From: Fibrobacteria bacterium
GTDB taxonomy: Bacteria > Fibrobacterota > Fibrobacteria > UBA11236 > JADFYW01
Length of the DNA stretch: 64,000 nucleotides
Assembly: GCA_050294405.1 (NCBI GenBank)
Contig: JBNKOC010000028.1
Location: 32,001-96,000, forward strand
Direction: 5' to 3'
Part shown: positions 23,320 to 34,909 of the stretch, piece by piece
Layout: each line of letters begins with the position of its first letter
How positions within the stretch are numbered: position 1 is the stretch's first letter
Program-made: the position numbers and the translations under genes
Notes under the pieces: model-generated
Database searches by the model: none
What the model was told of the DNA's origin: nothing
Seen by the model: only the letters and a program-made list of their open reading frames with translations

Positions 23320-24171
23320 ATGCCAACTAAAACACCCCACTTTTATCACCCCTGGAGCCTATTTTTGGTTATTCGTGGCATAACGTTTATGGGGGCTGTT
23401 TTTCTAAAAATTGTGGGTTGGAAAAAAAAGACTCTGGAAAAAAATCGCCGTCTAGCCAAGGTTTCTTTTTCTGATTTTGCTCTCTACCAAAATGCCCTTC
23501 TGGATTTAATCTGTTTTTTACTGGCTATCCCAAAGGGCCCTTACGATATCTTTCCCAAAGACAAAATGAAGCTCGAGGCTTTTAAAAAGTCAGGGGGATT
23601 ATTGCTTTGCGCCCATATGCACAATTGGGAATTAATGGGTTCCTGGTTATGCAAACAGGGATTGCCCATTTTGGGATACTCCCAAAAAATGGACCAAAAA
23701 TGGGCCGACGCACTCCTAAATCGCAGCCGAAAGAAAATAAATCTGCCCACCGTTTCCACCCAGGTACCCTCCAAGGCTCGAGCCTGGATTGAGGAAAAAA
23801 AGGTTTTCGGTGTGCTTTGGGATCAAAACCATCCTGGAATGGAAGCTGAATTTTTTAGCCATAAAGTTCAACTTTCCAAGCTGCCTGTATTTTTACACCA
23901 AACCAGCTCGTGTCCTGTGTACTTTTCCTTTTTAACATCTAGGGGCAAAGTAAGACTCTTAAAACTTAACAGTAAAAAGCTAGAGGGCCAGCTTCTGGCA
24001 AACCGATACCACCGGGTTTTGGAAAAGGCTATTTTGACTCAGCCAAATTTCTGGTATGGTTGGTTCCATAACCGCTTCAAAAATAAGCCCCGTTCGGAAA
24101 AAGTTTCACGTGAAACAACAAAAGTTCAGGAAAAAAGGTTTCACGTGAAACTTGAGAAAAAGGCCTATTAA
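23320..24171 (+). CDS. Lipid A lauroyl / lysophospholipid acyltransferase family (LpxL/HtrB-like)
   Basis: LLLCAHMHNWEL, GVLWDQ, EFF, QPNFWYGWFHNRFK. Confidence 0.8.
   Translation: MPTKTPHFYHPWSLFLVIRGITFMGAVFLKIVGWKKKTLEKNRRLAKVSFSDFALYQNALLDLICFLLAIPKGPYDIFPKDKMKLEAFKKSGGLLLCAHMHNWELMGSWLCKQGLPILGYSQKMDQKWADALLNRSRKKINLPTVSTQVPSKARAWIEEKKVFGVLWDQNHPGMEAEFFSHKVQLSKLPVFLHQTSSCPVYFSFLTSRGKVRLLKLNSKKLEGQLLANRYHRVLEKAILTQPNFWYGWFHNRFKNKPRSEKVSRETTKVQEKRFHVKLEKKAY
24102..24117. promoter_or_regulatory. parS site
   Basis: AGTTTCACGTGAAACA; perfect 14-bp core palindrome. Confidence 0.9.
24137..24152. promoter_or_regulatory. parS site
   Basis: GGTTTCACGTGAAACT; perfect 14-bp core palindrome, 35 bp from the previous site, upstream of rsmG-parAB. 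Confidence 0.88.
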
Positions 24172-24253
24172 ATATTTTTATTTAGTCTAGAAATTAGCCT
24201 TTGAAATAATTACCATAGATTCTTTTAAACTTTTACTCAACAAGTAATAATAT

Positions 24254-24856
24254 ATGGCAGAACTTTTATATGATCCTGAATCGGTTCCTGAAAGAGGCCT
24301 TGAGAAACTGAAAAAGTTTGAAGAGCTCCTCACTAAATGGAATCAGAATATGAATATTGTAAGTCCAAAGGATATTCCTTTGATTTGGACTCGACATATT
24401 CTGGACAGCTTGCAAATGATCCCTTTTCTTAAAGGCGCAAATAAATTGGCGGATATGGGAGCCGGAATTGGCTTTCCCTCCATACCTATCGCCATAGCTT
24501 GTCCCGAAATAAACATTTTTGCCATTGAGCCTCACAACAAAAAGGTTTCTCTTTTTACCCAATTACTCCGTGAATTAGGGATTCCAAATATTCATGTTTT
24601 GCCAGAAAAAGTGGAAACGGTTATTGTATCTCATATGGATATTGTTTGCTGCAGAGCTTTTGGTGAGTTTATGCGCGACAGCCAACTAGCCTATAAGATG
24701 CTGAAACCCGGGGGGAAATTTATCACCTTTAAGGCCGACCCAGAAACCAGGGTGCCCTCTGGTTTTGATAAAGTTACCAACCACGAATACCTGTTACCCA
24801 ATTACGCCCGCGAATTTAATATTGTAGTCACTCAAAAACTTTCTGAATTTGACTAA
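24254..24856 (+). CDS. rsmG: 16S rRNA m7G527 methyltransferase (GidB)
   Basis: KWNQNMNI, RHILDSL, DMGAGIGFPSIP, CRAF. Confidence 0.93.
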   Translation: MAELLYDPESVPERGLEKLKKFEELLTKWNQNMNIVSPKDIPLIWTRHILDSLQMIPFLKGANKLADMGAGIGFPSIPIAIACPEINIFAIEPHNKKVSLFTQLLRELGIPNIHVLPEKVETVIVSHMDIVCCRAFGEFMRDSQLAYKMLKPGGKFITFKADPETRVPSGFDKVTNHEYLLPNYAREFNIVVTQKLSEFD

Positions 24857-25625
24857 GATAATTGCAGTTTGTAACCAAAAAGGCGGGGTTGGAAAAACAA
24901 CCACCAGCATTAATACAGCTGCCGGACTGGCAGCTCTCGAAAAAAAAGTGCTGTTAGTGGATATGGACCCTCAGGGAAATGCTTCCCAGGGCATGGGTTT
25001 TGGATCCAAGATTACTCCTGACATTTACGATGCCCTGTGCTGGACTGAGGAGGACATGGACTCCAAGGATTTTAACTCTGTGATTCAAAAAACAGAGTTG
25101 AATTTTCTGGATTTATTGCCAAGCTCCCAGGATTTGGCTGGTATAGAGGTGGAACTTTCAGGAAGACGGCACAAAGAAAATAGATTAAAACAAGTTCTCG
25201 CCAAATTCCAGGACAAGTACGATTATATAATTGTAGACTCTCCCCCATCTTTGAATCTTATTACCATCAATATTTTAACTGCTGCCCATTCGGTACTTAT
25301 TCCCATTCAATGCGAATATTACGCCTTAACGGGGTTGGCGGAATTATTAAAAATTATTCGCCTGGTGCAGCAAAATTTTAATAGATCTTTAAAAATAGAA
25401 GGGGCCCTTTTGACCATGTACGACTCCAGGTTGAATTTGGCAAAACAAGTGGTGGAAGACGTGCAAAATTCGTTCTCGGCCAGGGTTTTTAAAACTATTG
25501 TGCCCCGAAGCGTAAAATTAAGCGAAGCCCCCTCTTTTGGGAAACCCATTCTGTTATACGATGTGATGAGTGTAGGGGCGGTAAAATACCTAGAACTTGC
25601 GGAAGAAATTTGCAATTATGGCTAA
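24849..25625 (+). CDS. parA: Chromosome partitioning ATPase ParA/Soj
   Basis: NQKGGVGKTT, DMDPQGNAS, DSPPSL, QCEYYAL, EAPSFG. Confidence 0.95.
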   Translation: MTKIIAVCNQKGGVGKTTTSINTAAGLAALEKKVLLVDMDPQGNASQGMGFGSKITPDIYDALCWTEEDMDSKDFNSVIQKTELNFLDLLPSSQDLAGIEVELSGRRHKENRLKQVLAKFQDKYDYIIVDSPPSLNLITINILTAAHSVLIPIQCEYYALTGLAELLKIIRLVQQNFNRSLKIEGALLTMYDSRLNLAKQVVEDVQNSFSARVFKTIVPRSVKLSEAPSFGKPILLYDVMSVGAVKYLELAEEICNYG

Positions 25626-26472
25626 AAAAGCATTAGGAAAAGGTCTTAGTTCCATATTTGAAGATATGGGCACCCCGGTTATTAATAACGAAACCGAAAG
25701 CTATATCCACGAGATATTGTTGGGAGATATCACCCCCAACCCCTTTCAACCCAGAAGACAGTTTCGGGAAGAAGAGTTAAAAGAACTGTCGGATTCTATT
25801 GAGCAAAACGGGTTGCTGTCCCCTATTTTGGTTAGAGAGCACCAAGGCAAATATCAAATTATAGCTGGTGAAAGGCGTTTTCGAGCCAGCCAAAAATTGG
25901 GCAAAGAAACGATTTTAGCCCATGTTCGGGAAAAAGTTTCAGACAGAGACATGATGGAGCTCTCTCTTATAGAAAACATACAGCGGGTTCAATTAAGTCC
26001 AGTGGAAGAAGCCGAAGCCTATATGCAGCTTATAGAAAGCTGCGGCCTCACCCACGAAAACCTTTCTGAAAAACTAGCCAAAAGCCGTTCAGCCATCAGC
26101 AACACCCTTCGACTTTTAAAACTGGCAGAACCCGTTAAGGGGTTAATCCGCGAGGGGAAGCTTTCTGCTGGCCATGCCCGCACTCTGGTGCAATATGAAG
26201 AAAAAGAGCAAATAGCCATGGCCCAAAAAATTGTGAATGAAGGTTTAAATGTGCGCAGCGCTGAAAACCTTTCTTCCAAAAAGAAAAACCCAAAGGTTTC
26301 TGGAAAACTAGACCCAAACCTAACAGAGTTTCTGGAAAACTTAAAATTTGCCTTGGGAACAAAAATTCAATTGCAGGGCAACTCCAATAAGGGCAAAATT
26401 GAAATTCACTTTAACTCCCACAATCAATTGATAGATATTTCTAAAATTTTTGTATCCAAACTTTTTTCTTAA
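25618..26472 (+). CDS. parB: Chromosome partitioning protein ParB/Spo0J
   Basis: MAKKALGKGL, NPFQPR, IAGERRFRA, ENIQR, HTH KSRSAISNTLRLL. Confidence 0.95.
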   Translation: MAKKALGKGLSSIFEDMGTPVINNETESYIHEILLGDITPNPFQPRRQFREEELKELSDSIEQNGLLSPILVREHQGKYQIIAGERRFRASQKLGKETILAHVREKVSDRDMMELSLIENIQRVQLSPVEEAEAYMQLIESCGLTHENLSEKLAKSRSAISNTLRLLKLAEPVKGLIREGKLSAGHARTLVQYEEKEQIAMAQKIVNEGLNVRSAENLSSKKKNPKVSGKLDPNLTEFLENLKFALGTKIQLQGNSNKGKIEIHFNSHNQLIDISKIFVSKLFS

Positions 26473-26480
26473 TTCTTAAC

Positions 26481-27302
26481 ATGCCTGGGAAAAAGAAAAA
26501 TATCACACTGCAAATAATCCCAGATGGCATAGGTAAAACCTGGGCCATTAAGTTGGATTACAAGCTTATTCAGCTTTTACTTATTTTATTTTTGCTGATG
26601 TTAGTGGCCTTTGCCATTGGTTTAATCAAATTTTCGGAAATAAATTTAAAAGCTTTTACAGCCGAAGATTTGGCTAAAAAAAATCAGGTGCTCCAAAGAA
26701 AACAAGCTATTATTGACTCGCTGGAAAGAGAAATAGATTTAATCCATCAAAAAACCCTGCGCATAGAAAACATGGTCCAAACTTTTGTGGCCAGTGAATC
26801 GGATAGTTCCAGTCTGCGTACCCTACCCCAAAACCGCGATTTAATCACTCGAAATATTTTAAAGGAATACGCCAGCTCGGTGGAATCCTTAATGGTAAAA
26901 AAGTCGGAAAAATCCAAAGAAAAATCAATAACATCATCGGCCTATAAACCAAGTATTTGGCCTGTTCTAGGGGTAGTGTCTCGTGAATACTCCAACCAAC
27001 ATCCTGGCATGGATATCGTGGCTTCCGAAAACACTCTAATTCTTTGTACCGCCCCTGGTATTGTTATGGAAAACAAGTGGGACAGAGACCTTGGAAATTA
27101 TGTGGTAGTAAGCCATGGCAATCTTTACAAAACCCTATATGGGCATTTAAATTCAAGCATGGTTAAAATCGGAGATCACCTGGACCAGGGATCTGCCATT
27201 GGCACACTTGGGAATACAGGAAATAGCACCGGACCACATTTACATTATGAAGTTATGGAAAATAATGAGAGAATGGATCCAAAAAATTATTTAACCTTTT
27301 AG
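26481..27302 (+). CDS. M23 family peptidase
   Basis: HPGMD, YGHL, STGPHLHYE. Confidence 0.92.
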   Translation: MPGKKKNITLQIIPDGIGKTWAIKLDYKLIQLLLILFLLMLVAFAIGLIKFSEINLKAFTAEDLAKKNQVLQRKQAIIDSLEREIDLIHQKTLRIENMVQTFVASESDSSSLRTLPQNRDLITRNILKEYASSVESLMVKKSEKSKEKSITSSAYKPSIWPVLGVVSREYSNQHPGMDIVASENTLILCTAPGIVMENKWDRDLGNYVVVSHGNLYKTLYGHLNSSMVKIGDHLDQGSAIGTLGNTGNSTGPHLHYEVMENNERMDPKNYLTF

Positions 27303-27311
27303 GGAAAAATC

Positions 27312-27698
27312 ATGATAAAAAATAATACCAAGCCAATCCCAAAAATTATCAATACCGGTGTGGGCACACTTATCAGCAATGGCACCACAATTGTGGGAGA
27401 TGTGCAGGTAAATGGAAATATCAAGGTTGAGGGAACCATAAAAGGCACCGTAAACGCAACAGGCGAATTAATTGTAATTAACTCTGGAAAAATTGAAGGA
27501 GAAATTCATGTGGGCTCAGCCATAATTGCCGGTTTGGTTAAGGGTAACCTCAATGTGGAAGAAAAAACCGTTTTGGCAAACGACTCCAAACTTGTGGGCG
27601 ATTTAAAAACCAAAAATCTGGTTATTGAAGAAGGCGCCAAGCTACAAGGTAATTGTTCCATGAATGTGGAAGAAAGTGCAGCAAAAAAACCCGAATAG
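27312..27698 (+). CDS. Bactofilin (polymer-forming cytoskeletal protein)
   Basis: Gly/Ile/Val beta-helix repeats; IEEGAKLQGNCSM; downstream of M23. Confidence 0.92.
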   Translation: MIKNNTKPIPKIINTGVGTLISNGTTIVGDVQVNGNIKVEGTIKGTVNATGELIVINSGKIEGEIHVGSAIIAGLVKGNLNVEEKTVLANDSKLVGDLKTKNLVIEEGAKLQGNCSMNVEESAAKKPE

Positions 27699-27891
27699 GG
27701 ACTTAGCCTATTTTCTCCATTTTGGTTGGACCTCAGCTCTAACATTAACCGCCTTTTCTCTGCTGGGAAATTATCTGGATAAGCGTTTTGCAATTTACCC
27801 TTTTGGAATTTTGGGTTTTAGTCTTTTGGGCCTTGTATCCTGCGGTTACCTTCTTTACTCCCTCATTAAAAAAATGAACTCGGGCAAGTGA
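27664..27891 (+). CDS. AtpZ/AtpI-family small membrane protein
   Basis: LLGNYLDKRF...P..GILG; first gene of the atp cluster; start uncertain. Confidence 0.75.
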   Translation: MWKKVQQKNPNRDLAYFLHFGWTSALTLTAFSLLGNYLDKRFAIYPFGILGFSLLGLVSCGYLLYSLIKKMNSGK

Positions 27892-27906
27892 TTTTCGTTT
27901 TGGCTT

Positions 27907-28320
27907 TTGTACATCAAATCAGAAAATTTTAACTTGCCTTTTTTACCAAGGACAAATTTGATAAAGTTCAGTATTCATATTGCTATTCTTGCCTGCCTTT
28001 CATTTGGCGTCCTAGCGGGGAGCAATGTTTTTATCCGCAAGTTGGACAACGCTTCCATTCTTTACATCTGCTCCTTGTTTGCAGCCAACGCCTGGCTGGC
28101 TATTGTCCCCTATTATTTACGTCAGTGGCAGAACCCCTTAAAGGTATTTGTAGTGGGCTCCATATTTCGTACGATATTGTTGGGAATTGCTTTGAGTTTT
28201 TATTATTATCAGTCCCATCACAAAAATGAAGTGTTTTTTATTTACTGCATGATAACATTTATTATTTTTCAAACCCTTGAAATCCGGCAGTTAATTCGGG
28301 AAAAAGGTTTACTATCCTAA
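27907..28320 (+). CDS. ATP synthase protein I-like 4-TM protein
   Basis: Four TM segments directly before atpB. Confidence 0.6.
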   Translation: MYIKSENFNLPFLPRTNLIKFSIHIAILACLSFGVLAGSNVFIRKLDNASILYICSLFAANAWLAIVPYYLRQWQNPLKVFVVGSIFRTILLGIALSFYYYQSHHKNEVFFIYCMITFIIFQTLEIRQLIREKGLLS

Positions 28321-28325
28321 GTCAA

Positions 28326-29183
28326 ATGCAAAAACATTTTTTTAAAATCTTTTTAATATTACTTGGCCTCATCTCCGTTTCTTCAGCGGGCGAAAACCTG
28401 GGTAGCTTTATTTTTCATCACCTGGGCAATGCCAACGAATGGCATTACTTTCCACTATTGCCCGGAATTCCCCTCCCCCATCATTTCGAAATTTTTGGCA
28501 TTAACATGGGAATAACTCTCCATGTTCTTATTATGTTTATCGCCTTTGTGCTCATGTGGGTTTTGTTTGGAATAGCCGGCAAGCGCAAACAAAACGCTCC
28601 CACTTCCCGTTTTGGCCATGCGGTTGAAGCTTTAGTTATTTACATCCGCGATGATTTAGTCCAACCCAATCTGGGCAAAAAAGACACCGCTAAATGGTTG
28701 CCTTTTTTCCTCACCATGTTTTTCTTTTTACTCACTCTAAATATTCTTGGCATGATTCCGGGCTTTTCTACCGTAACGGCAAATATCAATTTCACTGCTG
28801 CTATGGCTGTTTTGGTTTTTGTGGTTTTTAATCTGAGTGGAATGGCCAAAAACGGTCCTGTGCATTATTTCGTCAATTTAATCCCCAAAGGCATTCCGGT
28901 TTTTGTTTTGCCTATTCTGGTTCCCATTGAAATTATCGGCTTATTTACCAAAGCCTTTGCTTTGGCCATCCGTCTTTTTGCAAACATGTCTGCCGGACAT
29001 ATTATTATTCTTTCTTTGCTCGGGCTCATTTCCATTTTGGAAAGCATCTGGGTTGCGCCGGCCAGCATTTTATTTTCGCTATTTATTTCTATTATCGAAG
29101 TATTAGTTGCCTTTTTACAGGCTTATGTATTCACTTTGTTGTCATCCTTATTTATAGGAATGGCACTACACCAAGATCATTAA
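28326..29183 (+). CDS. atpB: F0F1 ATP synthase subunit a
   Basis: ALAIRLFANMSAGH, LQAYVFTLL. Confidence 0.97.
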   Translation: MQKHFFKIFLILLGLISVSSAGENLGSFIFHHLGNANEWHYFPLLPGIPLPHHFEIFGINMGITLHVLIMFIAFVLMWVLFGIAGKRKQNAPTSRFGHAVEALVIYIRDDLVQPNLGKKDTAKWLPFFLTMFFFLLTLNILGMIPGFSTVTANINFTAAMAVLVFVVFNLSGMAKNGPVHYFVNLIPKGIPVFVLPILVPIEIIGLFTKAFALAIRLFANMSAGHIIILSLLGLISILESIWVAPASILFSLFISIIEVLVAFLQAYVFTLLSSLFIGMALHQDH

Positions 29184-29205
29184 ATCATTAAAAGGAGAAA
29201 TCAAA

Positions 29206-29439
29206 ATGAGTTTGGATCCCACTAGCTTAGGATTTTTGTCCGCAGGTATTGGCGCGGGTATCGCTGCCGTTGGCGCCGGCCTTGGTATCGGACGATTGGG
29301 CGGATCAGCTTTAGAAAGTATTGCTCGTCAACCCGAATCCACTGGAGATATCCGTACCACTATGATCATTGCAGCTGCTTTGATTGAAGGTGTGGCTCTT
29401 TTCGGATTGGTTATCTGTATTCTTTTGGCAACAAAATAA
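29206..29439 (+). CDS. atpE: ATP synthase subunit c
   Basis: GAGLGIG, IARQPE, ALIEGVALF. Confidence 0.97.
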   Translation: MSLDPTSLGFLSAGIGAGIAAVGAGLGIGRLGGSALESIARQPESTGDIRTTMIIAAALIEGVALFGLVICILLATK

Positions 29440-29453
29440 ACTAAGGCAAACTA

Positions 29454-30044
29454 ATGATCCCATACCAGACAAACATCAATTCCCAAATTCAGGGAAATGG
29501 TCATTTGCTCAGCAGCTCTGCTGAAGGTGCGGGAAGTGGCGAAACCCCAAGCCTTTTGTCCTTAGATCCCGGAGTTGGGATTTGGGCGATAGTGGTTTTT
29601 GTTTGTTTGCTTTTGGTGCTAAAGAAGTTTGCCTGGGGCCCAATAATTAATTCCATCGATGAGCGAGAAAAAAATATCCGCGATTCTTTGGACAAGGCCA
29701 AGCAAGCTCAAAACGAATCCAAGCAAATAGCCAACGAACAAAATAAAATACTGTCAGAGGCTAAGGCAGAAGCGGCTCAGATAATATCACAAGCCAAAAC
29801 TGCAGCTGAAGAATTTGCCAACAAAATCAAGGTGGATGCCCAAGAGGAAAAAAACCGAATTCTGGATTCTGGCTTAAGAGAAATCGAATCTGCAAAACAA
29901 GCAGCCATTTCCTCTCTTAAAAAAGAAACCGGTGATTTGGCCATCGAGATTGCAGGCAAATTAGTGGGCCAGGTCATGGACGCCCAAAAACATAAAGAAT
30001 ACGTGGATAAGTTAATCGAGGAATTGGAGAAACCCAATACATGA
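29454..30044 (+). CDS. atpF: ATP synthase subunit b
   Basis: KKFAWGPIINSIDERE followed by coiled coil. Confidence 0.95.
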   Translation: MIPYQTNINSQIQGNGHLLSSSAEGAGSGETPSLLSLDPGVGIWAIVVFVCLLLVLKKFAWGPIINSIDEREKNIRDSLDKAKQAQNESKQIANEQNKILSEAKAEAAQIISQAKTAAEEFANKIKVDAQEEKNRILDSGLREIESAKQAAISSLKKETGDLAIEIAGKLVGQVMDAQKHKEYVDKLIEELEKPNT

Positions 30045-30580
30045 TTTTTTCAAAGGCTACAGGCAGATACGCAAAAACTTTTTTTAGCGTTTCTCTTCAA
30101 CAAAATAAAGTAGAAGAGGTTGCAAAAGATATGAGTTTGCTAGGAAGTCTTATAACAGGTCTTCCCGAGCTTAAAGCCTTTTTGAAAAATCCTTTGGCAA
30201 AAGACAAAGATATCGAAAACATTTTGCTTTCGAAAATCTCTGGAAAAATTTCTCCCCTTTCCGAGAGGTTTTTGAAACTGCTTATCCAAAAAAAGCGGAC
30301 CGCAATTATAGCAGAAATTTCCCAAGCCTTTTCTGAAGAATATGAAAAACACCACAACATCCAGAGGGCTCTGGTTAAAAGTGTTTTGAAATTAGATTCA
30401 GATCAGTTGGGCAAAATAAAATCCAAGTTGATTCAAATTACCGGAGCCAGTGATATCATTATTAAAAACGTAGTGGATCCAAAATTGGTGGCAGGGCTCC
30501 AGATTCAAATTGGCGATTCCATAATTGAAGCAAATGTCCGCAGCAAACTCATTCAACTTAAAAGAAAATTAGCAGCATAA
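30041..30580 (+). CDS. atpH: ATP synthase subunit delta
   Basis: [19 protein letters not shown]. Confidence 0.93.
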   Translation: MIFSKATGRYAKTFFSVSLQQNKVEEVAKDMSLLGSLITGLPELKAFLKNPLAKDKDIENILLSKISGKISPLSERFLKLLIQKKRTAIIAEISQAFSEEYEKHHNIQRALVKSVLKLDSDQLGKIKSKLIQITGASDIIIKNVVDPKLVAGLQIQIGDSIIEANVRSKLIQLKRKLAA

Positions 30581-30590
30581 AGGTTACAGT

Positions 30591-32111
30591 ATGACTACCG
30601 AAATCCGACCGGACGAAATTTCTTCAATCCTTCAAAAGGAATTGCAGGACTTTGAAGCTAAAACCAATACCTACGAAGTGGGTGTTGTATTGCAAGTGGG
30701 CGATGGAATTGCCCGTGTGCATGGGTTAGCCAAAGCTATGGCTGGTGAATTGGTTGAACTTGAAGGAAGCGAAACGGTAAATGGTTTAGTGTTAAACCTT
30801 GAAAAAGACAACGTGGGTATCGCTATTTTAGGTGACGGTTCTGTTGTTAGAGAAGGTGACACAGTAAAACTCACCGGTAAAATTGCTTCTGTCCCTGTCG
30901 GAGATACTATTCTTGGCCGTGTTGTAGATGGTTTTGGACTACCTGTTGACGGCAAAGGTCCTCTTGACTCCAGCACAACCCGGCCCGTAGAAGTAAAGGC
31001 CCCTGGTATTGTACTGCGTCAAAGTGTTTGCGAACCTATGGAAACAGGTATTAAAGCTATTGATACTATGATTCCCATTGGACGTGGCCAGCGTGAATTG
31101 ATTATCGGTGACCGCAAAACCGGAAAAACAGCTATTGCTGTAGACACCATTATTAATCAAAAAGGCAAAGATGTAAAATGTATCTATGTTGCCATTGGTC
31201 AAAAACAATCCACCGTTGCGCAGGTTTATCAAAAATTAAAAGAAGCTGGCGCTATGGATTATACTTGTATTATTGCAGCTAATGCTTCCGATCCTGCTCC
31301 TTTGCAATTTTTGGCGCCTTATGTTGGTGCTACTATGGGCGAACACTTCATGTATAATAGCCAACACGCTCTTATCATTTATGATGATTTAACAAAACAG
31401 GCTCAAGCATACCGTCAGGTTTCTCTTCTTTTGAGAAGACCTCCGGGCCGTGAAGCCTTTCCTGGTGACGTATTTTATTTGCACTCCCGTCTTTTAGAAC
31501 GCGCCGCTAAACTTTCTGAAAAAGAAGGCGGTGGTTCCTTAACTGCTTTGCCTGTAATTGAAACTCAAGCTGGTGATGTATCTGCATATATTCCCACAAA
31601 CGTAATTTCCATTACAGACGGTCAAATTTTTCTGGACGCCAACCTTTTTAACTCAGGACAACGCCCTGCTGTGGATGTAGGTTTATCCGTTTCCCGTGTA
31701 GGCGGCGATGCCCAAATTAAAGCCACTAAACAGGTTGCCGGCTCTTTGAGATTAACCTTGGCCCAATACCGCGAATTGGCGGCTTTCTCTCAGTTTGCTT
31801 CCGATTTAGATCCAGCCACTCAAAAACAATTGGCCCGTGGTGAAAGAATGACTTTATTATTGCGTCAAGGCCAATACGCACCTCTTAGAATTGCTAAAAC
31901 AATTATGGCTGTGTATGCAGGCATGAACGGCTTTTTAGATGATGTTGAAGTGAAATCTGTGGAAAAATTCGATAGAGACTTAATGGAATATCTTGATGTA
32001 AATAAATCTCAACTTCTGGATAAAATTGAGCAGCAGAAAAAACTAGATGATGCCTTAGAAGAAGAAATGAAATCTGCAATTGCCGAATTTAAAAATCAGT
32101 TTCAAGCATAA
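30591..32111 (+). CDS. atpA: ATP synthase subunit alpha
   Basis: [29 protein letters not shown]. Confidence 0.98.
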   Translation: MTTEIRPDEISSILQKELQDFEAKTNTYEVGVVLQVGDGIARVHGLAKAMAGELVELEGSETVNGLVLNLEKDNVGIAILGDGSVVREGDTVKLTGKIASVPVGDTILGRVVDGFGLPVDGKGPLDSSTTRPVEVKAPGIVLRQSVCEPMETGIKAIDTMIPIGRGQRELIIGDRKTGKTAIAVDTIINQKGKDVKCIYVAIGQKQSTVAQVYQKLKEAGAMDYTCIIAANASDPAPLQFLAPYVGATMGEHFMYNSQHALIIYDDLTKQAQAYRQVSLLLRRPPGREAFPGDVFYLHSRLLERAAKLSEKEGGGSLTALPVIETQAGDVSAYIPTNVISITDGQIFLDANLFNSGQRPAVDVGLSVSRVGGDAQIKATKQVAGSLRLTLAQYRELAAFSQFASDLDPATQKQLARGERMTLLLRQGQYAPLRIAKTIMAVYAGMNGFLDDVEVKSVEKFDRDLMEYLDVNKSQLLDKIEQQKKLDDALEEEMKSAIAEFKNQFQA

Positions 32112-32128
32112 GGGTTTAAGCAAGCAGA

Positions 32129-33010
32129 ATGGCTACATTAAAAGAACTTCGACTTAGAATCAAGTCTTTAAAAAACACCAAGAAGATAACATCTGCTATG
32201 AAGATGGTATCCGCTTCCAAGTTGAAAAAAGCCAAAGACAACAGCCTTAAAACGCAACCTTATATTGAAAACTTAAATGATGTGTTGCAGAGGGTTTTAA
32301 ATTCCGTGGAAAACGTGAACAACCCTCTCCTCGACAAAAGAGACAATAAAAAAACAAGATGTATTGTTTTTACATCTGACAGAGGCCTTTGCGGTGGGTT
32401 CAACAACAACCTGGTTAAATACTTCAAAAGGCAAGCAAAATCCTTTGATACAGATTTTGAAATTATTACTGTGGGCAAAAAAGCCAAAGATGGCCTTAAA
32501 AAAACCTTTACTCAAATCAGTGAAAGTATTGAGGGTGTAAGCGCCTCTCCCAGTTTTGAACAAGCTAAAAAATTGGTGGATTCCTGTATTGCAGACTTTA
32601 ATTCCCATAAAATCGATAGCGTAGTTTTGTTTTACAATAAATTCGTATCTGCCATTTCTCAAAAACCAAGCCACATCCAACTTCTTCCATTTGTCAGATC
32701 TGGAGAACCCGAAGAAAAGGAGTCTTCTGAAAGCAAAGAGAAAACCAATGTGGACTATATTTTTGAACCCGACGCTGAAAAATTATTGGAGCAACTATTG
32801 CCCAAGCAAATCGCCATTCAACTTTTTCAATGTTTATTAGATAATGCTGCTGGTGAACATGCGGCCCGGATGACAGCCATGGAAAATGCAACAAACAATG
32901 CATCTGAATTGATTTCCAGTCTGACAATCCAAATGAACCGCGCCAGACAAGCAGCCATCACTACGGAATTAACAGAAATCGTCTCTGGAGCAGAATCGCT
33001 CAAGGGCTAG
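32129..33010 (+). CDS. atpG: ATP synthase subunit gamma
   Basis: KITSAMKMVS, SDRGLCG, RQAAITTELTEIVSGA. Confidence 0.97.
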   Translation: MATLKELRLRIKSLKNTKKITSAMKMVSASKLKKAKDNSLKTQPYIENLNDVLQRVLNSVENVNNPLLDKRDNKKTRCIVFTSDRGLCGGFNNNLVKYFKRQAKSFDTDFEIITVGKKAKDGLKKTFTQISESIEGVSASPSFEQAKKLVDSCIADFNSHKIDSVVLFYNKFVSAISQKPSHIQLLPFVRSGEPEEKESSESKEKTNVDYIFEPDAEKLLEQLLPKQIAIQLFQCLLDNAAGEHAARMTAMENATNNASELISSLTIQMNRARQAAITTELTEIVSGAESLKG

Positions 33011-34441
<1,431 letters not shown>

Positions 34442-34445
34442 TACA

Positions 34446-34838
34446 TTGCTAGTTTCCATATTAACACCGGAAAAATCTGTATTTGAAGGCGAGGCCGAGG
34501 GTATTACTCTTCCTGGTGAATTGGGATTAATGGGAATTTTAAATAACCATGCTCCCATTCTTACTTCTCTTAAGCCGGGAATATTTAAAATCAAAGCTGC
34601 AGATTCCAGCCAAAGTTTTTTTATCGGCGGGGGTTTTGTAGAGTTTAGCAATAACAAAGCCGTAGTACTTGCTGATTCTTTTGAAAAACCTGAAGAAATT
34701 GATATTAACAGAGCTCTTCAGGCTGTTAAGCGTGCTAAAAAGCGACTTAAAGACAGAAAAGATGTGGACGTGCAAAGAGCGGAAATGGCTTTATTGCGAG
34801 GCCTGGCCAGACAAAAAGTCTACTCCGTAAGCAAATAA
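34446..34838 (+). CDS. atpC: ATP synthase subunit epsilon
   Basis: ILTPE, GILNNHAP, GGFVE. Confidence 0.95.
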   Translation: MLVSILTPEKSVFEGEAEGITLPGELGLMGILNNHAPILTSLKPGIFKIKAADSSQSFFIGGGFVEFSNNKAVVLADSFEKPEEIDINRALQAVKRAKKRLKDRKDVDVQRAEMALLRGLARQKVYSVSK

Positions 34839-34857
34839 TTTTAATCACAAATATATT

Positions 34858-34876
34858 CAGCATAAATATTATGCTG
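34858..34876 (+). terminator. Hairpin after the atp operon
   Basis: CAGCATAA-ata-TTATGCTG; weak U tract. Confidence 0.4.
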
Positions 34877-34909
34877 GTTCTATAGTTTTAAATATTTAGA
34901 TTATCCCTT

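Noticed and set aside
29206..29439. Na+-translocating ATP synthase
   Set aside because: Subunit c has EGVALF and lacks the Q...ES/T Na+ signature; consistent with H+ coupling
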